Assembly: GCA_052055015.1 (NCBI GenBank)
Contig: JBQJIT010000025.1
Strand: one strand, 5' to 3'
From: Malassezia furfur
Lineage: Eukaryota
Length of the DNA: 54,194 bases
The position numbers were made by a program, and so were the translations under genes. Within the stretch, counting starts at the first letter, position 1. Each line of letters begins with the position of its first letter. The notes under the pieces were generated by a model. It did no database searches. It was not told the origin of the DNA and was given only the letters and a program-made list of their open reading frames with translations. This document shows, piece after piece, positions 31,101 through 41,450 of this stretch.

Positions 31101-33469
31101 ATCTTTTCGCTGTAGTGCGGCGTGAGCACCGAGAAGGTGGGCATCGCATCCACGGGCACCGGCTCGGGCAGCGAGGTGGTGAGCGACTGCGCAAAGAAGC
31201 TGATGCGGCGCTCGGCCTCGGAGCCCTTGGGGAAAAACTCGGGCTTGTGCGAGTCCATCTGGTTCAGGAAGAAGGGCGGCGCACGCAGCGTACGCTTGTA
31301 CGGCGCGTCCTCGGCAGGCGCCTGGTGGTAGAGCAAACGCTGGACGTGGTCGATCGAGAGCAGGTGCTCACGGTACATGGAGATGATGATGGCGTTCCAC
31401 ACCTGGGACACCAGCACCTTGGGCTTGTACTTCACCTCCATGTCCTGCGTCGCCAGTAGCTTCGAGTAGATGCGCTTCGGCAGGCGCTGGAAGATGTCCG
31501 ACCACGGCGTCCACACCGACAGGCCGCTCGCAAACGCCCAGCCCAAGCTGAACACGGTGCTCCACACGACATACCACAGGAAGGTGTCCAGGAAGAAGAG
31601 GATCACATCCATCAGCATGATCGCCGAGAGCGTGAACGCGGGCTGCAGCGAGCACAAGTGCGTGCCAAAGTAACGGTCGTCACAGTCCTGCACACGCATC
31701 GTGACCAGCACACCGAACGGATCACGCATGGACAACGTCAGGAAGTAGTAGCTCTCCGTCAGCTTGCAGCCGAACACGAGCACCCAGAGCAGGATCGAGA
31801 AGAAACGGCGGCTAATGGGCAGCTTGGCGTACGACGCGGTGAAGGTCTGGTTCGCAAGGTACTTGCGCTTGCGTCCGTTGACCTTGTCACCAAACATCCG
31901 GCCCGACGGCACGATCGAGAAAAAGGCCGTAATGGCCGACGAGACAGCAAGGTGCACCTTGGCAATGATGCTGCCCACGTTTCCGTCCTTGTTCCAGCCA
32001 AACACGTAGACCGATGGCGCAATGGTGATCCCCAGACAGAAGCCCATAAAGATCAAACGGCGGACCAGGTGGTTGGTGTTGTTCCACGTCGTGGGGATGT
32101 ACATCACCTCGACAAGGGTCGCGAGCAGCATGAGGAACGTCGACACGGCACCACCCAGCGCCGATGCAGTGAGCATTTCGGCCTCGGACGCCAGGCGATT
32201 CGGCTCGTACGCCTTGGGCGCGTTGTATGCCATAAAGTACCAGTACAGCGAAATGTGGAAAATCCAAATGCGGTTGAAGTTGACCAAGAGATGCAGGAAC
32301 GAGCGCGTCTCCTTGTATGTCTTGAAGAACGCCTTGCTCCAGTCAATCTTGTCAAACTTCATGAAACGTTGGTGCGGCGGCACATCGACGAGACGCGTGC
32401 GGTCGTTGAGCTGGATGCGCTCAATGCCCTCGGGGTACCAGAACAGCTGGTTCACGTCGTCGTAACCAATCGTACGGTCATGGTCGCGCTCCTTCTTGAT
32501 GAACTTGCCGTCGACCACCTCAAACACCTGGTCACGCAGGAAGCGGTACAGCGGCTTGACCACCGAGTGCAGGTACAGCCCCTCGGGCACCGGCTCCATG
32601 CGGTTCTGGCACTCGGGCGAGCGGTAGTAGTCGTCCGCGCACTTGAAGATAAAGCACAGGCACTCGGGCACGAAACGCAGCTGACTGCCCTCACCCCAGC
32701 ACATCAGGTAGAGAGCAATCTGCCGCACACGGTCATACTCGCCCATGCGCAGCATCGCCTCGCGCCACCGCGTGCGCGCCTGGTCGAGCGACTTGTTCGA
32801 GCCAAACATGCTGCTGCGCCGGCGCTGGGTCTTGCCCGTGCGGTTCGCAATGCTCGCCGCGCGCGCCAGACCCGGGTTCTGTGCCTTGCCAATCGCATCG
32901 TCCAGGTCGAGCTGCGCGGCAAAGTACCACTTGCGGTAGTTAGCGTGCTCACCACCAATGTAGTCAGCATGCAGCGTGAGCAGTGCCTGGCTCGGCGGCA
33001 TGCGACTTGCACGCGAGTCGAGCAAGATCATCAAGTGATCGTACATGTTGCGCATGTTATCGCGCTGGAACCCAAACTTGTTGGCCAGGTCAATGAAGAT
33101 ATCCTCAATCTCTTCCTTCGAGAGCGGGATGTTCTTGTCGACCGTCCAGGCCGGGTAGGGCTCGCGCTGCCGCACACCGGCCGTCGATTCGCGGTAGGCC
33201 TGCGTCGGCGACGACTGCGCATAGCCATTTTGGCCGCCAGCGGCCGTGCTACTTCCGTACATGCGCGTTTCGGCGCTGTACGAGTCCCCCTTGTAGCCGG
33301 TAGCATCGTAGTCGTCTCCGTCGTACATCGCCTGGCTGTCGTTCACACTAGCACCGTTGCGGTACTGGCTCTCGAGCGGCGAGTCGGGCGAGTCCTGCGT
33401 ATAGAAGGGGTTGTTGGCCTGGAGCTGCGGCGCGGTTGGTCCAGACGCCATGGGATACTGTTGCGCCAT
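28136..33469 (-). CDS. FKS1: 1,3-beta-glucan synthase catalytic subunit (GT48), intronless
   Basis: YIGGEHANYRKWYFAAQLD, EAERRISFFAQSL, LGDGKSDNQNHA, IDANQDNYLEE, YGHPDF, GLHLNEDIYAG, QCGKGRDLGF; 1777 aa. Confidence 0.98.
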   Translation of the reverse strand: MAQQYPMASGPTAPQLQANNPFYTQDSPDSPLESQYRNGASVNDSQAMYDGDDYDATGYKGDSYSAETRMYGSSTAAGGQNGYAQSSPTQAYRESTAGVRQREPYPAWTVDKNIPLSKEEIEDIFIDLANKFGFQRDNMRNMYDHLMILLDSRASRMPPSQALLTLHADYIGGEHANYRKWYFAAQLDLDDAIGKAQNPGLARAASIANRTGKTQRRRSSMFGSNKSLDQARTRWREAMLRMGEYDRVRQIALYLMCWGEGSQLRFVPECLCFIFKCADDYYRSPECQNRMEPVPEGLYLHSVVKPLYRFLRDQVFEVVDGKFIKKERDHDRTIGYDDVNQLFWYPEGIERIQLNDRTRLVDVPPHQRFMKFDKIDWSKAFFKTYKETRSFLHLLVNFNRIWIFHISLYWYFMAYNAPKAYEPNRLASEAEMLTASALGGAVSTFLMLLATLVEVMYIPTTWNNTNHLVRRLIFMGFCLGITIAPSVYVFGWNKDGNVGSIIAKVHLAVSSAITAFFSIVPSGRMFGDKVNGRKRKYLANQTFTASYAKLPISRRFFSILLWVLVFGCKLTESYYFLTLSMRDPFGVLVTMRVQDCDDRYFGTHLCSLQPAFTLSAIMLMDVILFFLDTFLWYVVWSTVFSLGWAFASGLSVWTPWSDIFQRLPKRIYSKLLATQDMEVKYKPKVLVSQVWNAIIISMYREHLLSIDHVQRLLYHQAPAEDAPYKRTLRAPPFFLNQMDSHKPEFFPKGSEAERRISFFAQSLTTSLPEPVPVDAMPTFSVLTPHYSEKILLSLREIIREEDQNTRVTLLEYLKQLHPVEWDNFVKDTKILAEETSGFPVAAPFGMEDEKSGMKNGAKTDDLPFYCIGFKSAAPEYTLRTRIWSSLRAQTLYRTVSGFMNYNKAIKLMYRVENPEVVQLFGGNTERLERELERMSRRKFKFVISMQRYSRFNKEEIENTEFLLRAYPDLLIAYLDEEPARKEGGESRWFSALVDGHSEMLPSGRRRPKFRVELPGNPILGDGKSDNQNHAIIFTRGEFLQLIDANQDNYLEECLKIRNVLAEFETIDMPMENPYGPNAGVFDKAQVAIVGSREYIFSENIGILGDVAAGKEQTFGTLAGRGLAQIGGKFHYGHPDFLNSLYMNTRGGVSKAQKGLHLNEDIYAGIMVFSRGGRIKHCEYYQCGKGRDLGFGTILNFITKLGNGMGEQILSREYYYLGTQLPVDRFLTFYYGHPGFNINNIMVIFAVHMFMFALMFIGTLNASLQACPYTDSGFILGTGTCYYLSPVTYWVQRTVISILLVFMIAFLPLFLQELSERGAIASFVRLIKQFVSLSPLFEIFITQIYSHSIISNLSFGGARYIATGRGFATTRQTFALLYSRFAGPSIYSGMRALLMCFYATLAVWMPHLIYFWISLVALCVAPFLFNPHQFALADFIIDYREFLRWMSRGNSRSHANSWIGYTRLSRTRITGYKKKRLGHPSEKLANDVPRAGWKTILYHEVVVPVCIAVIISVCYCFVKSFPALPNTTRGNERQGGIARLAIISLVPIAWNAAVLLILFLVSLFFGPALHSCCAKFGSVIAAVAHLLAVGGILAVGEFLWYIEYYNTGNTVLGIMAMIAIQRAIMKILVSVVISRELKHDETNRAWWTGRWYGRGLGGHAFSQPAREYVVKIIEMSMFTADFITAHLLLFALSIPLAVPFVDRLHSTALFWLRPSKQIHAPIYSLRQRAQRRSIVLRYSVVFAFAWIVFLALILVPIIIASTRNDQTKADQCHFCATL

Positions 33470-34345
33470 GTCGTGGGCAGGTTACGTTGATCGAATTTCG
33501 TGCAAACACACGAGCGGTCCACGCGAGGCGATGAGGTACGGTATCGTTGTCGCGCTTTCCGTGCCTGTTCCGCAGAAACTACGAAATCAATCCCTGCAGC
33601 GGCAAGCACAAGAACACGCGGATCGCAAAGAATCAATTGCCCTGCCTGCGAAACAGACAGTTACCAACGATCCTGAGCGGAACAAACGAGCTGTCCACTG
33701 ATCCCCCCCGGTGGTCAGACGAGGGAAAGCGAAAGGAGCGCAGTTGATCCCAGCGCGCCGCCCGCTGCGTTTATGCACTGCGATGCAAAAAGTCCAAGGA
33801 GTTCCGAACTTCCAACGCGTCGCCCAGACCGCAGCCTGCTATGCGATTGGCTGTGCCGGATTGCCAGGTGGCCAACACTTGCCGTTAGATTTTTGTGGCC
33901 CAATCCCCGGTTGCATGATTGTCTAACCGCCAGCGACCCGCCAATTATTTCCTCGACACGTGTGCACCGCGCCACGCCAGCTCGATCGCCGGGGCTGCGG
34001 GCTGCGGCAAATTCGCATAATACCCCGCCAAGAACGGTGCAAGCGTCGCGTGGTCCTGCGCGCTCCTGCAGCTGCCCTGACAGCGTAACACGCGCGCTGG
34101 TATGTGCGTACCAAGTAGGCCGCACTTACGTGCCGCGTAGGGCCACTCAGGCACGCAAGCCCCTGGCCCCGAGCGCGCGCGTCCTGGTCCACAGGGTCGC
34201 GGTCTGAGACGCGTAAACCACACGCGACGCGCTGGCAGGCAGCGCGCTGGCAGAAGACGACGCTGCACGCGGGCACCAGGCTGCAGTACAGGGGTGGAGA
34301 TCGCCGTGATTTGTATTACAGAACGCTATTCAAGAAGAAAACGAG

Positions 34346-36003
34346 TTAGGCCGCCGCCTCTTGAGGCGTCGCGCCAACAGCGGGGGGGGAGCGGCGCGAG
34401 AACGCGAGGCGCGCACCGTCCTGGGGGTAGATCGTAGCAATGACCATCACCTTCTCGCTCAACTCCGTGACGTCGTGCGTCCAGTCCAGGAGGATCGACG
34501 CGGTGCCGATCACTGCCATGAGGTGCTGTACGGCGTACTCCTTGCCGATGCAGTTGTGCGGGCCGCTGCCAAACACGAGATAGTTCTTCGCGTGAGACTG
34601 CGCCGGGGAACCAGCGCCCTCCAGCCAGCGCTCCGGCTTGAACTCGTCCGGCGAGGGGTAGGCCTCGGGGTCGTGCAGACTGTTCCAGAAGCTGGGGATG
34701 ACCATGGCGCCCTTGGGCACCGTGTAGTCCTTGTTGATCGGGAATGCCTTGGTCGTCTTGTACGGCACCATGATCACCGGCGGCTTCAGACGCAGGCTCT
34801 CGCGGACGACGGCACGCGTGTACTCCATCTTTTCCACGAGCTCGATCGTCAGCGGGGCGTCAACGTCGTTGCCGCGCAGCGCGTATTGCTCCTCGCGCAG
34901 CTTGCGGAGCACGTCAGGGTGGTCCGCAAGGTGCTGGAAAAGGTACGTAAGACCACTCGACATGGCATCCTGCGACGCAAACAGGAAGCTCAGCAGCACC
35001 ATGCCAATCTCACGGTCGGAGAAGTCGCGCAGCAGCACCTTGCGCTGGTCATCCTGCAGGTCCTCGTTCTCGCGGTTCTCGCGCGCATCGACCATGGCAC
35101 GCACCCAGGCATCCGTAAGGCACGTCACCTCCTCACCGGCAGCCATGCGCTTCTTGCTCTCGGCCGCGGTGTGCTCGAACCAGCGCATGGCCATCTTGCG
35201 TGCCTGGATCGCCTTGTACACCTTGGTGCCGGGGAACGCGAAGGGGAAGTTGACCAGTTCGAGAGCCATGGTGATGAGCCAGTAGTGGTCCGAGATCTCC
35301 TGCGCACCGTGCTCAGGGATGTAGTTGCCGCAGAACACGCGCAGCGACGTCTCCATGTTGAGGTTGCGGAGCGCCATCATGAACGGCTTCGGCTCCTTGT
35401 TCGCATCCGACAGCCACTGGGTAAAGTGCTTGCGGTAGATCGACTCTTGGATCTGCAGGTAGATGCTAGGGTCAGTAAGCACACAACGTACCCCAGCGCA
35501 CGGCTCGTGAAGAGCGAGTTGAGACCCTTGCGGTAGTCGACATGCTGCTTGCCGTTCAGGAAGACCCAGTTGTCCGGAGACAGCACCTTCTTGGCCGAGG
35601 CCACGAGACACGGCTCGGCGTACGTCGGGCTGTTGAGGATCTTGCGCGAGTAGTCCGTGGACGAGGCAATCACGATAAAGATGTGGAAGACACTCGCGAC
35701 GCTCAGCGCACCGCTGTTCCAGCCCTCCTGGTACTTCTCCAGGCTGGGGCGCAGCGAGTCGGCAAACTTGCCGATCACCGGGATGGTCCACGTCGGACCG
35801 GGCAAGCCGCCCTTCTTGCGGCGGTACACGACCTGCTCCAAGCACAGCAGCGAGGCAATCACCGCCAGCACCGTAAACGTGATCTGGGTGCCGGACGCGT
35901 TCGCGAAGAAGCCCGTACCAGCCGAAGCACCCTCTGCGGCATGGTGCGTCAGATTCATGCCCCACCCGGAGGCACTGAAGGACGAAGCAACGTCGGCCGT
36001 CAT
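34346..36003 (-). CDS. ERG5: Sterol C-22 desaturase, cytochrome P450 CYP61
   Basis: ATG 36003; 26-nt intron 35491-35466; NWVFLNGKQHVDYRKGL, FLFASQDA, ESLRLKPPV, PERW and the heme motif FGSGPHNCIG. Confidence 0.95.
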
Positions 36004-36301
36004 CGTCGTTAGTCGTAACTCAAATTTCCCAGCACGCCCAATCGGTTCTGGCGCGGTTTGGTCAGCAACCGCCCTCGGAGGCGGCCGCCGGCCAATCGAG
36101 AGCGACTTTCTCGCAAGACGGGCCCTACTAGGTCCACATAACACGCGGCCCAAATCAGGCCATCCGGCGCAACGGCGCGGCGTTTGACATCCTTAACCAG
36201 GGAGCGTACCTACGAGGGGCTAAATAGTACAGAGAGAATAGACACCCAGCAAACGTTCCAACATTCGCATCGGTGGTCCATAATGCTCGCAAGGTACAAT
36301 A

Positions 36302-39300
36302 TTAGGGTTGCGTGTGTTCGTGGGCATGCTCACGCTCTTCCGACATCGTTAACGGTTGCGTGAGCAGCATCGTGTTCGATAGAGACGCGGCACTCGACCG
36401 CCGACGGCCCCCGTAAGGCGAATCGGGGTGTGCCTGAGACCAGGAGTTTGCAAGAGCCTGGCGCTCGAGCAGGGGCGAATGGGGCACACTGTCCGTCACC
36501 CGGTGCATACTGGGCGCGCGTGAAAGCTGCAGAGGCGACGTTACCGACGAGCACGCGCCCCGTGGTTCGCGGTTCCCCCCATTGGCCTGTTGGCCCAGCA
36601 GCCGCGGCAGCTGCTTGGCCCATTCGCCAAAACCATGGGCAGAGATACGGTGAGCGCGTCCTTGCGATACGTCGCAAAATACGTTGGCACAGAGGAACTG
36701 GGCGACTTCAGTGGTGAGCCCGTCAAATGCCTCGGTGAGGAAAAGGGTGGGGCGGAAGGAAAACGCCGAGAACGAGGCACAGTGCTCGACACTCGGCTCC
36801 TTGAATGGGCTCCGGTGGAACAAGAGATTCAGCAGCACAATCCCGAGGGACCATACGTCCGCCTGCTTGGGATCATACGTCTTGGCAAGGTTGTGGCGAC
36901 ACTCGAATGCCATGTACGGCTTTGAGCCGCAGTTGAAGTCGTCGCACTGGTCCTTGGTCGTCGCCAAACCAAAATCGGTCAGTTTGACGACCACCGCTTC
37001 CTGCACGCTGGCTCGATGCAGGTAAGTAGAACGCATATCTTGTACGATAAAGTTTTCTGGCTTGATATCGCGGTGACTGATCCCGCGGTCGTGGCAGAAC
37101 TGCACGGCCTCGCACATTTGATAAAACATTTCGCCGACACACTTCAGCCGCTCTTCGGACAGGAGCATGTGCGGCGATGTACGCGCCAGCAGCCACGGTG
37201 TGGAAGGAACCTCGTCTGGCCCATTGCCCGAATCTTGCATCATTGCGCTCGAGTTGCCATCCTTGTCCGACGGATGCTTCGACGGAGCGTTGGTCAGGTC
37301 TGCCTCCTCCAGCCAAAAGTACAAGTCTTGGCCAGGACAGTACTCCATCACCAAAAAGAGCCAGTCCGACGTCTCGTACGTGCAGTAGAGCGTAATAATG
37401 TTGGGGTGCTTGGGAATCGATTGATGGATAAATGCCTCGGTGCGTTGCAGATCGAGCATTTCCGGCGACAAATTTTGCTTCGAAAGGCACTTGAGCGCGT
37501 ACTTCCTGGGCTCCGTCGACTCCTGCCTCGACGCGCGCACATGGTGCTGCTCGTCGGCAACCGGCGTCTTGCCCGCAAGCCCTGCGTGAGGTGCACTGGC
37601 CGTTTGGGGGTCGACGGCGACAGGCACCTGGAATCGCGCATCAATGGGCGTCCGATCATGTTCGGGCACCTCGTGTACGAGATACACGACGGCATAGCTG
37701 CCGTAGCCGAGCAGTTTATCCACCTGGAGTTGCTTGTCCTGGTACTCGAAATCCGGCTCGACAAACCCGTCGCTGCCTTCGGCGACACGGATCAGCTGGC
37801 CGTCGTGGCGGAGGCCAGGACCAATTCGGTCATTGATGCCAAACACATCAAGAGGCGGCTCACCGGCGGCCGTACTCAGGCTGCTTCGATGGTAGACAGG
37901 AGAATCGCTCTGGGTATCCATCATGTCCTCAGCCAACAGATCCAAATTGTCCTCCGAGTGCTGGTCGCTCGCGTGATCCAGCTGCACATCGTGCACTTGA
38001 GGAAGACCACGCTGTAGCCACGACATGGTTAAGTCGTGGGTACGCGACTTGGACGACTGGTCCGGTTGGTTTTCGTGCTGCGAGAAGCTTCCGTTGCTGT
38101 TCGGCGACTGCGCCCAGTCGAACGAGTCCATCTGCAGCGAGCGGGTCATGGCTTGGTACGCGTTCCGCAAATCGGTCGAGTCGCTGGGCGACAGCGACCG
38201 GTTGCTCAGATTCTCCTCCAGGGGCCGCGCTTTCTCCTTGGGCATGCCATGCACGGACCCGCCCGACGGCCACACCTGGGCGGCAGGGAGTTCGAAAGGG
38301 AACGAATCGGCCTCGTTGCCGACTTGCTCGGGCGACTCAATGGGTGGCATGTGGAAGAATCCGGGCGCAAACGATGCCGGTACCAGCGTATGGTTTGAGG
38401 AGATGCCAGGGAATGAGGCATGGGTAGAAGCCAGCCCGATGGTGCTTGGAGGAAGTGGGTCGGGCACAGAAGGAAGAGAGGATGCCTCATGGCCTCCAAA
38501 CATGGATAGATAGTCTGGCGCACTGTAGCCCCTCGCAAGCTGAGGGGGGTTGGGCACATTGCGCGACACGGAAGACGCCTTTGAGGGCTCACCAGCGCCT
38601 TGCATGTTCAGCTGGTGTAAGATATCATCCTGGTGAGCGCTCATGGAAGGGGGGCTAAGTACACCCTCCGACACAAAGTCACCCGCCGTTCTTGCACGCG
38701 GCCTCATGCCCAAGAAGATGGGGCTCGCTTGGCCTGAGAGTGGCATGGAATGACCGCGCTGGGGCTGCCCGGGGAACGGGGAATGACGACGTGAATTAGT
38801 TGGAGAGTCCACGGAGTCCATGGGCGGGTGAGGTTGGGACCATAGGTGGGACCATGCGGGAGATCCCGAAGCGCTGCCCAGGTTTTCGGATGAACAAGAA
38901 GCAACGTCCCCAGCGTTCGACCAGGTGAACCCTTCATTGAGCCGCTGACGCGAGCCTGCCCGCTCTGTTAGCCGAGGACGACGCCCATAAGGATGCATAA
39001 TCGAAGGGGATGAGTCGCCAGAGGACTCGCCCGCGTGACGGTAGGGGTTCGCCGAGCGACGCTGCGCTTGGCGGTTCGACAGCCAGGACATATACTGCTG
39101 TGCATTGTTTCGCTTTCCCGTGTCATGTGCTGTAGACTCCTGAAGTCCTGCTCGACCAGGCGGCGAAATGGACAGCCTCTTGGTCTCACTCTGCCTTTCG
39201 CCGTCCTCGGACGGGCCGCCGTTGTCGGGACTCTGCGACGTGCGCGGCCAGTTGAGGCGGTCAAGCTTTAACGTGAGATTGGCAAGGAAATCTGAGGTCG

Positions 39301-39355
39301 GTAAACTCGCAGGGTGTCCTTGGGCATGAACGTCATCCCCCGGTTGTGATGACAT
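36302..39355 (-). CDS. Ser/Thr protein kinase, Ran1/Sks1/Ksp1-like, with long disordered N-terminus
   Basis: LGYGSYAVVY, YALKCL, HRDIKPENF, LTDFGLAT, CGSKPYMAFEC, DVWSLGIVLLNLLF. Confidence 0.85.
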   Translation of the reverse strand: MSSQPGDDVHAQGHPASLPTSDFLANLTLKLDRLNWPRTSQSPDNGGPSEDGERQSETKRLSISPPGRAGLQESTAHDTGKRNNAQQYMSWLSNRQAQRRSANPYRHAGESSGDSSPSIMHPYGRRPRLTERAGSRQRLNEGFTWSNAGDVASCSSENLGSASGSPAWSHLWSQPHPPMDSVDSPTNSRRHSPFPGQPQRGHSMPLSGQASPIFLGMRPRARTAGDFVSEGVLSPPSMSAHQDDILHQLNMQGAGEPSKASSVSRNVPNPPQLARGYSAPDYLSMFGGHEASSLPSVPDPLPPSTIGLASTHASFPGISSNHTLVPASFAPGFFHMPPIESPEQVGNEADSFPFELPAAQVWPSGGSVHGMPKEKARPLEENLSNRSLSPSDSTDLRNAYQAMTRSLQMDSFDWAQSPNSNGSFSQHENQPDQSSKSRTHDLTMSWLQRGLPQVHDVQLDHASDQHSEDNLDLLAEDMMDTQSDSPVYHRSSLSTAAGEPPLDVFGINDRIGPGLRHDGQLIRVAEGSDGFVEPDFEYQDKQLQVDKLLGYGSYAVVYLVHEVPEHDRTPIDARFQVPVAVDPQTASAPHAGLAGKTPVADEQHHVRASRQESTEPRKYALKCLSKQNLSPEMLDLQRTEAFIHQSIPKHPNIITLYCTYETSDWLFLVMEYCPGQDLYFWLEEADLTNAPSKHPSDKDGNSSAMMQDSGNGPDEVPSTPWLLARTSPHMLLSEERLKCVGEMFYQMCEAVQFCHDRGISHRDIKPENFIVQDMRSTYLHRASVQEAVVVKLTDFGLATTKDQCDDFNCGSKPYMAFECRHNLAKTYDPKQADVWSLGIVLLNLLFHRSPFKEPSVEHCASFSAFSFRPTLFLTEAFDGLTTEVAQFLCANVFCDVSQGRAHRISAHGFGEWAKQLPRLLGQQANGGNREPRGACSSVTSPLQLSRAPSMHRVTDSVPHSPLLERQALANSWSQAHPDSPYGGRRRSSAASLSNTMLLTQPLTMSEEREHAHEHTQP

Positions 39356-40210
39356 AGGGTCGACAGACGGACCCCGCGTGCGTCAGGACCGCGGGGAACC
39401 ACGACCAGGAAAGCTCGCTTGTTGGGAAAGAAAAAGAAGAGCCAATCTAGATACTGTAATTGTATCCAGTTGCAAGCATAACCTGGTCCCAGTAACGCTC
39501 AAAGAGTCTTAGCGAGCAGGTCCCAGATGTGTCGAGGGAAAGATGTTAGCCCCCACGTCAGCGATTGCTCGTGTGGCCCGTGGTAATTGCGTTGAGCGCA
39601 ACGGCACACTTCTGCTCCACTTCTTGGAATTCTCCTGTTGGCCGCTCCAGAATTGCGGCAAGATTAATCTATGTGGCTAGATTTGCTGCTCGCTCAAACC
39701 TTCCGTGAGCGGCACGTCAGGAACCGCGCCCATTTCTCCGCAAGGCGCGGTAATAGGCCCAGGGCGTGCTCTGATAGGCTAGAGGACATGGGCTTCATTG
39801 CCCAAGTGTTATTCCGCTTGCCCCATGGCAAGTGACACGACCACCCGACGGACAAATATCCACGTGGATACGGGTTGCTTACCAACGAAAATGCCCCACA
39901 GCTCAAACTAAGGCGTAGTTCATGCCGCCGAAATCCGAATCAGGGATCCTAAATGAACCCCACACAGCACGGGATATACGCCCGTTACTTGCCATTCCTG
40001 GACAGGCGCAGTGGTGCTTAGGTGATGGTGTATGTAATTTCAAATCTACAGGAAGGTCGATGGTTTCTACCAGATTGCGGGGAAGACCATAGACGATGCG
40101 GGGTACTGGTCGATGGTCTTCTGCTCGACCATCAGAGGGGAAAAAAAAAAGTCGGCCTTCGGCCCATGAAAGACATAGACATGATTTCCAAAATAAAATA
40201 CAATGGTTGG

Positions 40211-41137
40211 TCATGACCTGGTCCAAGAACGCCTTTGTGTACGCGGCTGTGATGATGGACGACTTGAACTGCCGAGTTTCACGTCGCTGCCGAGCACAAT
40301 GACGTTGCCATTGTCGTGGGTTGTATAGTTCATATCACCGACAACGTCAGTCCGTGGTGAAGGAGCAGATCGAGACAAATTGGCTTGGCCTCGCGGTCTT
40401 GCGTACCTGTCGCGTTTACGTGATGCATAAGCAGGTCCGCCCCCCGTCGTTTCCAGGTAGGTAGTACTGCGCCTGGTGGCACGATCATGGTCCTTGCCGC
40501 TTTGTGGCGATAGCGAACACCATAAGCTGTCAAGATAATGTCCGTCCCTTCCTTGCCCGAGTGCTTCGATGCCCTCCGGACATAGAAGCGATGATGTATA
40601 TGTATGGTCCATATCTGTGACTGATGCAATGTCAAAAGAGGGACGAGTCGCACATGCCCGGGTTTCCTTTCCATGCGAAGAGGGGGCATGCCAGAGCACG
40701 GTTAGTTGTTCTTCTTCGTAAGCTGTGCCATTGAGTTCCATCCAGAAGCGGTCGTTGGCAGAATTTGGTTGTACCGCCACGGATACACAGCCGGGGTCTA
40801 TCCATAGCGTAAACGAATAGGGCAGCAGTTCGGTTGCATCCATCGTGCAGGATGCCGAGATCGGAAGATATGAGTGTAACGAAACGAGTGCGTGTAATAA
40901 CGTCGGATCGAGGTCCTTGCGCCCACCAGCGGTGTTCCATTGAACGGCCCTTAAGGCATTGCCCTTGTCCGGAGCATCGGGGTACCAGCACTGCTCAATG
41001 CGTTGTTGCAATCCGTTGATCAAGTGGTGCTCGAAGAGACCAACAGCCTCCGGTGGACATGATGCGAGGGTATTTTGTTGAAGAACAAGCTCGGTCACGT
41101 ACGTGACGGCCACGCATAGCTCTGGCCGTTGCTGCAT
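40211..41137 (-). CDS. BTG/Tob (APRO) domain protein
   Basis: ATG 41137; ELCVAVTYVTELV, box-A-like WYPDAPDKGNALRAV, LDP and box-B-like LLPYSFTLWIDPGCVSV in the order and spacing of animal BTG domains. Confidence 0.75.
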   Translation of the reverse strand: MQQRPELCVAVTYVTELVLQQNTLASCPPEAVGLFEHHLINGLQQRIEQCWYPDAPDKGNALRAVQWNTAGGRKDLDPTLLHALVSLHSYLPISASCTMDATELLPYSFTLWIDPGCVSVAVQPNSANDRFWMELNGTAYEEEQLTVLWHAPSSHGKETRACATRPSFDIASVTDMDHTYTSSLLCPEGIEALGQGRDGHYLDSLWCSLSPQSGKDHDRATRRSTTYLETTGGGPAYASRKRDRYARPRGQANLSRSAPSPRTDVVGDMNYTTHDNGNVIVLGSDVKLGSSSRPSSQPRTQRRSWTRS

Positions 41138-41450
41138 AGTGTACCGCGCGCGCGGCACGGGACGATTTGCAGTGCACGACGCGCAACAAGGAAGGACGTT
41201 GCGTCCGGCGCGAACTGGTGAGTCGAAAGGGTCCGCATATCACTTCAGCCAACTTCAATCGACTCGCCAGCTGTTGCGGCGCATCTATGTGACGGGCTGG
41301 CTCCAAAAATAGTTTGGCATGCAAAAAATGGAACGCGCACTGGCGCAGGGGCCTCCTGCGGCGCCGATTAATTGGCACGCGTCGATCAGGAGTCACGTTT
41401 TTAAACGCGTGGCAGTGTTACACGGCCATCACTTGTGCGGTTATCCCAGC

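Noticed and set aside
28358..33490. Long plus-strand ORFs (1033 aa and 610 aa) antisense to FKS1
   Set aside because: Shadow frames produced by strongly C/G-ending codon usage on the coding strand; no recognisable domains.
33470..34345. Short ORFs between FKS1 and ERG5
   Set aside because: No homology or coding bias seen; consistent with the FKS1 promoter and 5' UTR.
39356..40210. Long intergenic region as a possible ncRNA, centromere or hidden gene
   Set aside because: No recognisable snoRNA, snRNA or tRNA structure, not strongly AT-rich, and the short ORFs lack motifs; most simply the kinase promoter plus the BTG-gene 3' UTR.
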